Assembly (NCBI GenBank): GCA_043228905.1
Contig: JBHGNT010000001.1
Location: 27,590,001-27,654,000 of the forward strand
Reading direction: 5' to 3'
Source: Azolla caroliniana
Taxonomy: Eukaryota; Plantae; Polypodiophyta
DNA: 64,000 nucleotides
This document shows, piece by piece, positions 1 through 13,100 of this stretch. Below the pieces are notes generated by a model, which saw only the letters and a program-made list of their open reading frames with translations, was not told the origin of the DNA and made no database searches. A program made the position numbers and the translations under genes. Positions within the stretch are counted from its first letter, which is position 1. Every line of letters starts with the position of its first letter.

Positions 1-770
1 TCCCCTGGGTCCCATTCTAGTTCGACGAGGGGACGACAACCATATACCCATAACTTCCAATGGGGTTCCACCTTAACAACATCTGGGTCTGTCTTCCAGA
101 TGTTATCAACCTGCGCCACCACGCGGATTGGGTGCCAAGAGCCCTTACTCTGACTCTCCCCAAAATTTGTATCTCTTCCTGATCCGCTCACGCCCTTCAG
201 CAACTTAACCATTCCAGCCTCATCAAAGAGCCCAAACCAAGCATCTAGTCTGACCTCCCCCATTATAACCTTATCAACTGCCTCAACTATCAATCTCCGC
301 ATTTTCATGGCTCCCTTGAGGGGAGGGAATGGGACCTCCTGGGCTCCTCCTAAAGCCATCGTGCGTCTCTAATCATCTATAGAGTGGAGCCCTTTTTGTG
401 CCAGCTTTCCCCATGTTAGGCCCTTAAGCTGCCCTAACATCATGTCGTCACTTGTTCGCACCTGAGGGTTCCAAAATAATGGTTGTCTAGACTCTAGACC
501 ACTCGATTAGTGTCTCCGGCGTGTGCTTGACCAAATGATGTCGTACGTGACACCATGCCCACAAGATGGAGTTCATGACCCTCTCTTCCGAATGACAAGC
601 GATCGTGGGTGGGACTCCGCTCGTGCAACACCAATTCAAGGAGTCAGGCCAAGGCCTACCATACTTGGGAGTCCCTGCTTGCAACCTATTACGAAGTAGA
701 ACCTTCCAGCACCCCTTACCTGGCAGGAGGCATCGAACCACCATTTTGGCTAGCAATGCTCAGCTCTACA
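1..770 (-). mobile_element. LINE (non-LTR retrotransposon) ORF2 C-terminal remnant, 5'-truncated, runs off window start
   Basis: The minus strand reads ALLAKMVVRCLLPGKGCWKVLLR...EWSR/QPLFWNPQVR, resembling the post-RT region of plant LINE ORF2. It contains a frameshift (7-bp duplication at 486-499) and stops. Confidence 0.65.
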
Positions 771-784
771 TTAATTTTTTCATG

Positions 785-1290
785 GATGTACATCATGTAA
801 AAAATGCATAACTTGTCCAAGCATGAGCGTTATACATGTTCTTCTATACTTGCTATCTTTCCCTTGTTGACGGGCAAAATTTCCAATTCTAATAGATTTA
901 TCATATTAACTCCTCTTGAGAAAGCTATTAAATTGTCATTGATATACATCATGTAAAAAACATAACTTGTCCAAGCATGAGTGTAGCACATGTTGGTATT
1001 TTTGTCTACGAGGTCTATAATTAAGCATTGTATAATGATAGACTTTTCCAAGCATGACTAGCACACGAGGGTATATTTGTCTATGAAGCCTATTATTAAG
1101 CATGTACATAATGATACACTTGTCCGAGCATGAATATAGCACATGTAGGTAAGTATGAAGCCTATCATTAAGCATGAATGTATCTGTCTATGAAGCCTCT
1201 TGTTAAGCATGTAAATAACAATACACTTGTCCAAGCATGAATACACCACATGTAGGTAAGTATGAAGTCTATTGTTAAGCATGGCATTTA
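785..1290. repeat. Degenerate tandem repeat (roughly 55-110 bp subunits)
   Basis: The motifs CTTGTCCAAGCATGA, GCACATGTAGGTAAGTATGAAG and TTAAGCATG recur several times. This explains the repetitive ORFs 830-1336. Confidence 0.8.
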
Positions 1291-3199
1291 CATACGTCAT
1301 GAAAATGCCTATATGCTTCAAGTGCATAAGTTCCAATATATATTATTGAAAATGTATGTGTTTGATCTCTGACTTGCATGTATATGAACCAAGAGGCCAA
1401 TTTTGAAACAAGATAATCCAACAAACTTTGTATGTTTATCTTCAATGATTTGTTGTTTATTTCTCGTCCTCTCTTTCTCTAGTATTAGCTTATAAATTCT
1501 AAGACCTTATTTTATTTGGTCATTGAATATTTCCCTTTTTAGGGAATAATATTGATTGTCAATTTGTCACTAACATTGATGAAAGATAAATAAAGTGCCT
1601 TGTTTTTTAAGAGATTATATATATATATTGCTGTTATGAAATAATGCATAACATGAGTCATGCTATACTTATCTTAGTCTTAAACTCTAGTTAACAAGAC
1701 TTCATAATGTAAATAGTATGCATGCACCCATCATCTTGTGGGTCATAAACTCATGTATCTCAATCATTTGATATGATATAGAGAAGAGCATAGCGTAAGA
1801 GCTCTATCTAGAGATTGTATTGTGATCTTGATTAATATCTAATCACTCTATTCTATAACAATTGCCCCTTTTTCCATTCTCATTTGCATTGTAGTTTTCA
1901 TGAGTAAAAAAAATGTAAGAGCTATGAAAAAAAAAAACAAAGGTCATCCTATCAATTATAATTTATGAAGTAATGGTTCTCTAAGTGTGTCCTCCTTTTG
2001 ATGCTTTAATTATTCACTCTTTGCGTCACCAAGGCTCGACATTCATTGTTTGTATTACATGCAAACACAAAGTTAATAGTGTATACAAAGATTTAGATAT
2101 TTCGACATGTTTACAAATGAGAGGAAGTGCAACATGTTGTGCTATGCATGTAGTGTTTTATTTTTTTTAACATGTAGAGAAATCATGGTATGGTGCTTAC
2201 CGAAAATTTAGAAATATACTTCAAAATTACATAGGCAATCATGGTATCTCTTTGTTTCTCTATTTGACACACGGCATACAACTATGTCACGTATGTGTAT
2301 AATAATAAATATCGATTGGCACAAATTTCGGAAAACTAAACTTGCATACATTCTCTCTATACATATTGAAGTTCATCCACATGCCAACTTTTCAAGATTT
2401 TCTTGTTTTCTATTTTGGTGGGGACGCGAGTCATGACACATTGAATGGGAATCAAAGATCTGCTTTGCACACAACAATGATGTCAATGACAACAATGATA
2501 AATTATGAAGATGTGTTGTATTGTGATAATATTTGAAAAGTTGGTCCACACAACCTCATATACTGTGTGGTTACTACTTTATAAAGTGCACGAATGACTT
2601 AAAGATTCATTTGCCCAACTTCAACAAGAAGTTTGAGACAAACATGGATCACTATACTATGCACATGGGTTTTGCATGTGACCAACCAAGTGTGCAAAAT
2701 CAAAGTTTCGGTAGAAAATCGAATATAAAATAATAACTTTGCCTTGCCATTTGATTGATAATGTATATATAAGCTCTAATATGGTAGGTCGAAATGATCT
2801 ATCACCTCCTCAATGTATTCATTATGTTTTTAAGATCATATGGTGCCTTACTTGATTAATTATGTTAATTGTACAAAATCTCAATATTTTGGGAATTCGG
2901 AAAAATTCTTGAGAAATATTTGTCTTTTGGTCCCTTATTAGTCAGGTCTCATGACATTCTGATTAATAGTAGAGATACATTCTGATTACTTGATTTATTC
3001 TCTTCTATTTAACGATAAATAATAGAGTTGGGAATATATCAACATTGGGTAACTGATCAGTTTCTATATCACTTTCCAACTATATCAAGTAATATCATCA
3101 ATTGCATGTGGTTTGGTCGGGGCATGTGTAATAATGCACTCAAATTAATGTGAAAGGATCATCCACCTTCCCAATATGTCTCTTCAATAAGATATTTGT

Positions 3200-5450
3200 T
3201 TAAAATGTATATAGATTAGAACTTGATGAATAACATAAATGTTTCTGCCCTCACTGGCCAATAAGGAACATGCAAAATTCCTGCAAAATCATACACCATT
3301 CCCAATGCTTATCTCATTGACAACATGTCATCATTCTACTTTCATCCTAAATGAGTCAGAACCATCCTTTTTCTTTTTCTTACATCAAGATTGTTCCAAC
3401 TATTGCATCAAATGCATCTTCAAACAAGTGGAATGGGATATCCTGTTGTGGGAGTTTAAATAATGTGTGAAACCACCAATGTGATTTTTAATGTTTGAAA
3501 CGTTTACAATTAGGTATGTCGCCAAACATATATGTTTTTGGTGAGGTGAGATAAAGGGCTTACAATATCCATCAATATCTCAAGAATGTACATGTCATTT
3601 AATCAATGCATTAAACCTTTAGTTATTCCTTTTAATCACTTTGGATTCTCACCTTCACTAATTATTGTACCTTTGTCTTTGTCAGTGGCCATTCCTTGTG
3701 TGATACTAGATATCCTAAAATATTCTCACTTTTAATAGCAATAGCATTTAGAAGTTCATGAATCCATTTAGACATAACCTTAAATTCTCCAAGTGCTTAT
3801 CCAAGTTTCTCATGAGGGATGTCAGGGTCAATGTTGAGTTGGTCAACACAATGTACTAATGGTTATCTTAACCTTTGATCATTGCATGAGATTGGGTGGA
3901 TGGTCACCATTTTGCAAGCAAAGTGGGTGTGAAGTGGGTGTCCAACACAATCTACTGTATCTAGCTATGACTCTTGGGTTACCTAATTAGAGTTCCTAAC
4001 CTCATCCTTCTTTCTTAAACTTACCAGAGACAATGATAGGAATTAATTCAAGAGATGACTTCGTCCACACTGATTATGTAACTTAAATGAAGTGAAAAAA
4101 AACAAGAAACCATACACATACTCAGCCATCAATGTCTCCTTGTTCCCAACCAACCACACTTTTACAAGAGCAAAGCTTAAGTGTTTAAAATCAAGTTCTA
4201 TGGTATTGCAAAGAACCCCACCAACTCTATGTAGTTGTATTAGCACATCAAATTTCTTATAGATAGAAGGTGGAAGTTCTTCTACGTCTTTCTTGAATGT
4301 ACCAAAAAATAATTCTAATCCTGAGGTAAAACAAAATCATCCCCACAAATTGGGAGCTTCCCACACATTTCGTTGGTGAAGCTATTCCCTATTGTATTAG
4401 GACTTCATTCATCATCCCTAGTATTTGTTCCTTTTATTGAAGCATTCCACATTCTTTTAGGACATTATCTAAATGTTGAACCCTCTACATTTTTTGTTCA
4501 TGAAAGATTTTTATGTCACACCATCCATTGGAGAAAAGCATTTCCTTGGGGACATGGGTTGCCCAAAAATCTTGTTGCCTCTTCTTGTCATAGTCTGCTT
4601 TAAAAGTTAGTGTTTTCGTTTGAGTTTATTTCTCTTCATTCAGATGATTTTATGAACAATCAAGGATTCATTTTATCTTGGCTCTTCACTATAGCATAAC
4701 CGACCCATTATTCCTTGACTTTTTCCCCATCCAGGATGGTGTAATGTACACCTAAACAAGAATCACTAGATGAGAGGCTAAGATTCGAACGAACAAGTGT
4801 TGGTCAATTTCCACATCCCTGTTTGTCACTTCAATGCTTGGGCAATTTTTTGAATTGCCGTCGTTTCCACACAAATCTTCCACCCATTGTTTGTATTAAG
4901 AAGCCAATGGCCCTTTTCATCAAATTCAATTGCCAATCAATGTCGCCAGTAGTTTCAACATCTCTTATTTTAACGAATGTCTTTATTGTTGCTATGGCCC
5001 AATGTGGTCACTAGTAATGACTTTGTATGAATTATTATTACATTCTTAGACCCTTCCATCATAATGACACTTGCCAAGACATTCATTATCTTCAACAATT
5101 CATCATTTGCAAGAATGAAATTGTCTATAGATTACAAATGTACAAGTCTTGTGCCTTGTTGAACAAAAAAAGCAATTCCAGAGATTTGGACCATGCATCT
5201 ATCAATTTTCTTGATCTAACATTTTATGAATGAGGATAACTAATATTACAATTAGGCATGGTCACATAGTTAGCTACTACGCGACATGCTAATGCCAATT
5301 TTTTTGTCATAATTGAAACCCTCTTTTCATGAGTGACAACTCGAATATTCAAAAATCCTTATAAGAAGGGCTTTTGATGCTTCTAACAATGTCCCTATGC
5401 AAGAGTTTGCATCGTTCTTGTTAGCTATCAACTCCAACCAAATTCAAGCT
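3200..5450 (-). mobile_element. Highly decayed LTR-retrotransposon-like sequence (possible Gypsy pol remnant)
   Basis: Only faint motif remnants, e.g. ILMDIVSPL near 3550-3580, similar to the integrase IxMDFVGPL motif. No open frame. Confidence 0.2.
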
Positions 5451-5489
5451 TTAAGCCATGATTTAACACTTTCTATATTAAAAAACTAT

Positions 5490-5920
5490 TAAAGCGTTTG
5501 GTTTGGTTTAAATTATGAATAAACCATTCCGTTTCAATTCGGTTTAGTTTTCAAATTAAGATTTCTCGATTTATCAGTTTAAGTGGCTTGATTTAATAGT
5601 TATTTATTTTGACTTCAACTTTTTATTTCCAGACTGTTTTAATTTATGGACTGGTTTTTTATGTTTAATTAATGAAATAATTTAACCTAAAACTTTCTTT
5701 TAAACCATTTGAGTAAATAGTTTGGATTAGATTTGTTATTTAATAGTTCATTTTGGTTTAAACCATTCAATGTCACATTTCCCTTAATAGTTTGGTTTAA
5801 ATAGCTCAGGCTTTAGTAGATTAAGTTAAATGGCTTTATAGTTCTTAATCCTTTCATCTAGATCAGTTTGGTTTCAAGGCCAAGAACCACTTGGTGATTT
5901 TGTTTAAACAGTTCAACATC
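5490..5920. repeat. AT-rich GGTTT/AAACC-motif interspersed repeat, copy 1
   Basis: Dense TTTGGTTT/GGTTTA motifs. GTTTAAGTGGCTTGATTTAATAGTT resembles the reverse complement of about 36861-36885. Confidence 0.45.
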
Positions 5921-7300
5921 ACCATTCACTTTGCCTCACAACTTAAATCTCATATTTGTCCTAGTGGTCTTCAAAGAGGTACACGAGATATAACATGGCA
6001 ACTCCTCATTTGTCAACTACATGTAGGAATAATCTATTGTTGATTATTTGGCACTTGATTATCAAGCTCAGATGATCCCTCACTTAATGAAAACAGTAAT
6101 GTTTACAACTATATCTTTCATGGGAGACAAAAGTGAAGGTTTGATCATCCCAAAGCAAGAGATATTATGTACATTGTATGCAACGTTGACTCTCCTCACA
6201 TATGGCAAGGCGGATACATTCTTATGAAATGGAAGGTAGTTTTCATCTTACACATGTAAGCCACGCTATTGATGCTCAAACATAATGTGAATAGTTGAAA
6301 TTAATGCCGTAGGCATACCCTTCCAGAACAATTCTATGAATAGTTAGGATGCGATGGCTAAAAAACTAATTACCCTAAGAACTACCACAAACTGTAAGGA
6401 CCTATGACATACAAGAACATTCAGCAACATGAGAAAGGGACTAGCTAGCCCCGTCTTTCAACATTTCGAAACTCTCAAGACTATTGGTGAGGGGGCCCCA
6501 TTCTACATATTCACTACATACCTACCTAGGTATCATATAGCTCAATATTACACAGTATGGCAAACCAATGGTACTTTATGTTGGCATGATGTCACATGCT
6601 CAAGGATGGTAAATGCAGTTAAGCACACTTAACAAATCTTCTTCTAACTCTATCAATCATTCTTGTTCTCAAATAGATTGATATGCGGTAGTTACTACTT
6701 GAACATGCCCCTCAAGCTCAACCATGTTACCCAATCTTCGTTTTTTCTTTGCACTCCACAGCAAAGTTCATGGATAACACAGGTGTGGGCTTACCAATAT
6801 TGGAACTACAACCCCTAGATATAATGGGCTCTTAGATGTAATGGGAAGGACACTCAGTGTGTTCATGTTCACATGGAATATCAGGTTTCCATTCATATAT
6901 TGGTATGGCTATCATAGTAGAGTATAGCGCAGATAGCGTGGCACAATGTGTGATGAGGCCTAGCGGACAAGTACCTTGATATAGCAAACCGTTATATTTA
7001 AGTTTAACTAGGATCACACAGCGTTGAGAATTAAGTTTGCCACACATACACAATATAAAGTTCACATGTCCTCCTAAATCCCAAACACTCAAATTTCTTG
7101 CAAAAGTATATCATAAAACTAAGTAATAGCTTGGGCGATAAAGGCCCACTAAAGTCCCAATTGAAGAAAGGCGCACACACACACACACATACACACCTTT
7201 CATTGAGGTATGTATAATAAACGTGTTCTCTCACTCACTCGCTCGCTCACATGGATGGATCGATCGACAGCAGATTAGCATCCACCTGCCGTGAATTCAT

Positions 7301-9020
7301 TCAGTTGTGTTGCTGCAAGAGCTGCCGGACATTGACGGGACTGATGATGGTAGGCGGGCCGTCCAGGATCCGTCGGGCGATGAGCGCGTTTGTCTTCTCT
7401 GTGGGGTGGAAGGGATCCCAGAACACATGCGTCCTCCGATCAGGGCACAAACTCGACAGCCTGTTGCAGATGAACCGTCCGTTGTACTTCCCCTGCCCGC
7501 AGCATGCCGTCGTCACCGTGCTCGCATCATAACCTAAATCCCATCCACAATCAAACTCAGATTCAGCCCCCAAATCCTACACTCCATGTCAGAGATCCGG
7601 AACTACATCCAATTACAGTACCGTAGGTCTCAGGATTGTTGATGAATTCCATTGCCACATGGAAGCTGTCGATGAAGAGGAAAGTGGCGTCAGGCTGCAC
7701 CAGTTCTCTGTTCAGCTGCTCCGTCATGGTCTTGAGCTGGGCGTTAAAACTGACGGCGATCTCCTGCAGAGCTTCGATGCATCGGCCGTCGGAGACCTTG
7801 TTCTTGTTCAGCTGTGACGGGATGCATCCCAGGGGGCCGAGGCCGGTGATGGTGAGCTTGCGAGCACCCATGTGATACAACCTCTGTTATTACAAAATTG
7901 CACAGTACGAATGGTTCGGATTATGTATACTAGCGAAGGAGAGACGAGGAGGAGAGAGCAGGAGAAAGATCGGTGTGGTGTGCTTACAGTGAGTTGTGAT
8001 TTGTAGGTGGAGATGAGGTGATCTTGGAACTGAGGCAGGTTATACTGCCGGTTGGAGATAGAGAACATACGCAGGTAATTGTTGATGTAGTCGTTGCCAC
8101 CGAACGTGAGCGAGAAGAGGGCGCCATTCACCAGCTTCTCCGTCTCCTCTGCTCCGATGGCCTCGGCGAGCCTCTGCTTGTACTCATGGAACAGATCTAA
8201 CTGATCGTCCGCGCTCAACACTTTAATCTGGACACGAAAAAAAGACCCATTCAAGATGGCAGTCAGTTCCAGAAATATGGCGGATTAGCTTTCCATACAT
8301 AAAAAGGCTGCTAGCAGAGTCGGGGTTAACGACGCACAAATTGCTTGCCGGTGTTGTTGAGTATTCCGGCACCAGCGGACGCGAAGTTGGAGCCGTAGAG
8401 TAAGGTACTGACGTCGTTGGTGGGATCCAGGTAAGGCTTGATGGCAGGAGAGCCCACAAAATCACCTACAAATTCGCGATGGATTGAGAAAAGAAAAAAT
8501 TAGACGACAATGCAGGCACAAAACAGGAGGAATGCAGAATCTGAAGGAATGATAAGTAAGGCGTACTGATGAAGTCGTTGATGATCTTGCCGTTGCAGAA
8601 GCGGCCGGTGGGGCCGACGGCATAATCCAGGCCATTGGGGGCGAAGTTGGCGCGGGCCGTGGACGGAATGAAATTGTTGTTGCCGGCGTCCACCAGAGAA
8701 TCCCCCATTACAAACAGTGCCAGCTGCGGTGGTGTTTGACGGCCGCCGTCACCGTTAAATTCCATCGCTCTGCTCTCTTCGCCTCCGGATCCAATCTCAT
8801 ACTTAGCAGTGGCCGCGCTTTTAGTGGCATTATTACTGTTTTTATGGCAGTCGGTTGCGACGCTGCAGACGACAATGGACAGAAAGAAGACGGCAACTGC
8901 CGGAGTGGCGGCACTAACGTTATGACGACAAAGACGCCTTGAGGTTGCATCGCGACGGCCGGTAATCGAGTGTATTATGGCGGAGCCGGGAGGACCGACA
9001 AGAACCTGCTGCTGCTGCAT
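7301..9020 (-). CDS. GDSL/SGNH esterase-lipase, LTL1/cutin-synthase-like, 438 aa
   Basis: Exons 9020-8567, 8465-8338, 8227-7988, 7883-7622, 7533-7301 (1317 nt, all GT-AG, canonical 5-exon GDSL layout). Motifs: block I FVMGDSLVDAGNNN, PTGRFCNG, block II GSNFASAGAGI, block III GGNDYINNY, GPLGCIP, ACCGQGKYNG, block V VFWDPFHPTE. Confidence 0.95.
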
Positions 9021-9318
9021 GGTTATTGCAAAAACCTATATATATATATATATATTATGCTTCGAACAAATCGCTGCTTGTCGTCTTCTCTCGTCCAATA
9101 CAACTAACTTGCGGCAGAGAGGTCACACTTAGAAGTTCCATGAGCAGGAGGATTCCATGTCCACAAGAAACGTTATAGACGTAGATCCGATGTCACTCAC
9201 TGTGTATGTAAAATGTAATGGTAGTAGTCTTAGTTAGATGGAGCTTATGGGCATCGGGAGGCGTGGCTACAGCTCCGACGTGGTACAGCATTTACTGGAT
9301 TTACCTACGTACGCCTCC

Positions 9319-10072
9319 GGATGGATGGATGGATGGATGGATGGATGGATGGATGGATGAGGATCGAGTCATGATGATGGATTGAGTCGGTCGGTCTGCT
9401 CTTCAATTCCAATTCAATTTGTACATATATCTGTAGAGAGGGTGTGTGTGTGTGTGTGTGTATTGTGTGTATATATATGTATGTCTATATACTGGGGGAG
9501 CGAGCTGCGAGCGGCTGAGAGTTGGTATGCATCTGCGTGATGAGAGAGAGTTATTACTATGTACAATAATAATAGAGCACAGATTTCTCTTGAAGGAAGC
9601 GTCCCGTTGCCTGTCGCCGTTGCCGGTGCCGTCACTGCCACCTCCTCCTGCATTAAATGTTCTGCTTTCCTGATATGTATGTATGTAGTTATTACATATA
9701 TCATTATAAGTATATATATATCCGTGCCCGCAGCGCCGTTGTGGCCGCGGCGTAACGTGACGTGACGGGGCCAGAGCCTTTGGCCCAAACTTTCAAATTG
9801 TCCGTCGTGCTCAATTGAATGTTCCCACGCACATACATACATATTACACACATACATATGTACATACATACATACATACATACATACATACATCTTTTTG
9901 TCCCATCCTTCTGGGCCATTCCCTTCATCAAAGGACCTGCCTGCTTTTGGAGGACAGTGGACTTCTACTTCTTATTGTGCAAAGTTTCAAACTTCACACA
10001 GATACTCCCCTCTTCCTTCCTTCCTTCTAGAAACTTCTGATGGGGATGCCTTCTTGCCCTTCCTAGAGCCCT

Positions 10073-10110
<38 letters not shown>
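9319..10110. repeat. Microsatellite cluster upstream of the GDSL gene: (GGAT)n, (GT)n, (CATA)n, (AG)n
   Basis: Direct reading: (GGAT) about 9319-9358, (GT) about 9442-9461, (CATA) about 9832-9893, (AG) about 10077-10110. Confidence 0.9.
9650..9660. promoter_or_regulatory. Putative HD-ZIP IV / L1-box-like site GCATTAAATGT
   Basis: Matches 10 of 11 positions of the HD-ZIP IV consensus GCATT(A/T)AATGC, about 630 bp upstream of the GDSL ATG. Confidence 0.35.
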
Positions 10111-10111
<1 letters not shown>

Positions 10112-13100
10112 ACCACACTTCCTGTCCAAAAGAAAGTCTTGCCCTTCTCATCGCCAACCCAACAAAAGCAATTGTTGGTCTTCCATCGCCCACATGACGG
10201 AGGAAAAGAAGAGGAATGTGATTTCGAAGGTGTAGCACTAAGCTCCAACCCTAGACATCGTAGTGGGTGATATAATGTTTGGAGGTCGTGCCCATCGTGG
10301 GTATTGGACAACATCCAATCAATAAGACACTAAATGCACATGCATCGTTTGTCGTGATGGATTTATTATTGTGGGAAACACGAAAAGAATAGGGCATCAA
10401 AATCCCCATCAAATGCCTTCTGATATTTGAAAAATACGAAGGGATCATTGGAAGGAAAAAAACACAAATGATGTATCATGTATACATGACATGGATTGGA
10501 AGTTGGATAAATTTGTTCATAAGAAATAATTAAACTCAAGAGACCATAAAACCCAATATTAGCAGCATGCAAATATATAGCAAACGATATTCTAAATGAA
10601 AGAGCAAGGAATCATCACCATATACAATGGGTAACTTGTGAAAAGAGACATGGGGATAATTCCAAAGCTGAGGGAGAGTAATTTCACACATGTGAAGACA
10701 TTAATCTCTAAACCGATTCAAATAATTACCAAACGACAAATGTATTTGGCGAAGCGATAGAGCTTTGAGGAGATGAGCTTGGATGAAATTTACTCATGCT
10801 CAACCTAAGCTTGCTTGATTTGTCAAGCTTGATGGGGAGTGCAAAAGGAAGTAAAGACAATCCAAACCTGTCAACCAATCATAATTAAAATTGATTTCGA
10901 TAGGGACACGTGGTTGAAATCTAGACATTAATATGAAAGGACTATGTATATCCTTTTAAGTTTTAACGTTGTTTACGGATTTCATAAGAAAACTATGACA
11001 AAGTAGATATTGTTACCTTTTGTTTGCCTCGACTCATACCCTCAATAATTTGATTGACTCATTGAGTTTGACTAATAGATTTGAGGATGATATTAGGAAA
11101 TCGTGTTCAAAGTACTTTATAGCCTTTAAAAGATTTGAAAAAAAACAAAACACTAGTAAAGTTAGATGTCTATCATTAATGACATGCGTCAAGTAACCAA
11201 TAAAATCAAAATAGCTTGTTGATGAACTTATAAATCAATCTGCATGGTTTTAGTTAGAATAGTTCTAACTAATTTTGTTTATTGATTGATAACTATATAA
11301 AGTCATAATCTCTTCACATTCGAGGTAAAGCATCAATAGAATTTATAGATATAAATGGCCATTTATTATTAGGAATATCTATTGGATGTAAAAAATTTAT
11401 GGTTTTCACTCATCCCTTTGTCATCTAATATTGCATAGTTTTGGCACATCATGGCATAACTTGTGCCAAAAACTTTGGTAGAGATGGAAACAAAAACTTG
11501 ATGAATTCCAAGGTGCACAATTGATGGTGAATCATGGCATTGAAAAATAATTTTTTATTTGACATCAAGGTTTAGGGTTTGGGAAAGAGCAAATCGGTAC
11601 AAATGTGAAGGGTGTGATGGCGTCAATGGTATCTTTCGTAGATTCAACTCTATTCCAATCTCTTATAGCAAAACTCTCATCAAGGCATTTCCCTTAAAGT
11701 TCATAAACATATATTAGATTTTAATTTAGTGAAGTTAAACACGTTAACTTCATGAATCCATTAGGAGTATAAGCAATGCATACGTGTTTATGAAACCCTT
11801 GCGATAACAAATGGAAAATCGATGTTGACCATGTTTAGGAGATTAAATTGGGATGCACCTTTGAGCCACTCATAGGCCTTGTTAATCTTTTTCTAACATG
11901 CCATGTAGCTTTCTTGCCTTTGTACCCCTTAAGTTTTGTGGCCCTTATGTAGATGCTTGTTTAAGAGACATAGGGGTAGAATTTGTTGTAGGCACATTAC
12001 TTGAACGTAGCTTGGGCACCCATTGCAATTTTAGTGTTTTTTCTATATAGCCACTTTGGGTTCATCCCTCAAGTATTGTCTCAAGACTTGAGGTTGATCA
12101 TTGGTTTGTTCTAGGTTTGAGATAAGGACATGACGTTGATCATGTTCGCATTTTCCCTCAACATTACCATTCAAGGTTTCAACCGGTGATAAAGGGAGTT
12201 ATGACTCAATTAACCTAACTATAAATAAGAGGAACTGAGTCTTGTAAAGAGAGGTTCGTGGGATCGGTATTCTTGAGCCATAATTGTGTAGTTGTCTATC
12301 ACTCTCTATGTGTGTATATATTCTTGATTGAACAATACACCATTCTACTTGCTTGCCAACACCATGCACAAGATTCTGCTTGCCTTTCCACACTAGTCGG
12401 CAATAACAACACACAGTAACCGCCCAAGACACGTATAATATTTACAGTAAGCCTCCTAAGAATTTAATGGTGGCCGATTGATCATCCATGAACATACTCC
12501 CTTCTTGCTTGTGAACTTTGGAGTGTAAACATGCCACATTATGTCTTATTAACCACCCTATTGCATATGTATTACATCGTGGTTGAAGTCCACCAGTAAT
12601 TGAATAACCCTTAGGAATGGTCAACCTAACAAACAATCATAGGCCACCTTGGTTAGTTTATCAAAGAATGTAAACTAGAACTCAACCTCATGTTGGAGTG
12701 GTTGTCCATTCATTGAGTTCCTCATACAATAGGCTATCGTCGCTAACTTCTTGTTGTTGAAGGAGATCGATATTCTATTGTGCATGCCTTATTTCCTCTA
12801 TTGGGTTTCCACTTTGCCATTGTTTGAGTCCCTTGTTCACATTTGTCTTAATATTGGGCAATTCGCTATGCATGGGTGATGATATGCGTCGCTAAGCCTG
12901 ATGGTACAATTTACAATAGGATATTTTGTACCTAGGTGATGCAAGACTAGGTGTTCTTGTCCACAACTTTGGCACATGCGTTCTCTTTGAAACCACACAA
13001 TGAAGTCTTGGACTTATCAATCCAAGCAAGGCCCAAGCTTAAAATTTCAAATGTCTCCCACGGGCATCTTCCCTTTTCACATTTTATTCATTCAAGAAAA

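Noticed and set aside
9414-10314. Several overlapping ORFs of 68-159 aa
   Set aside because: Microsatellite-derived low-complexity frames with no domain motifs.
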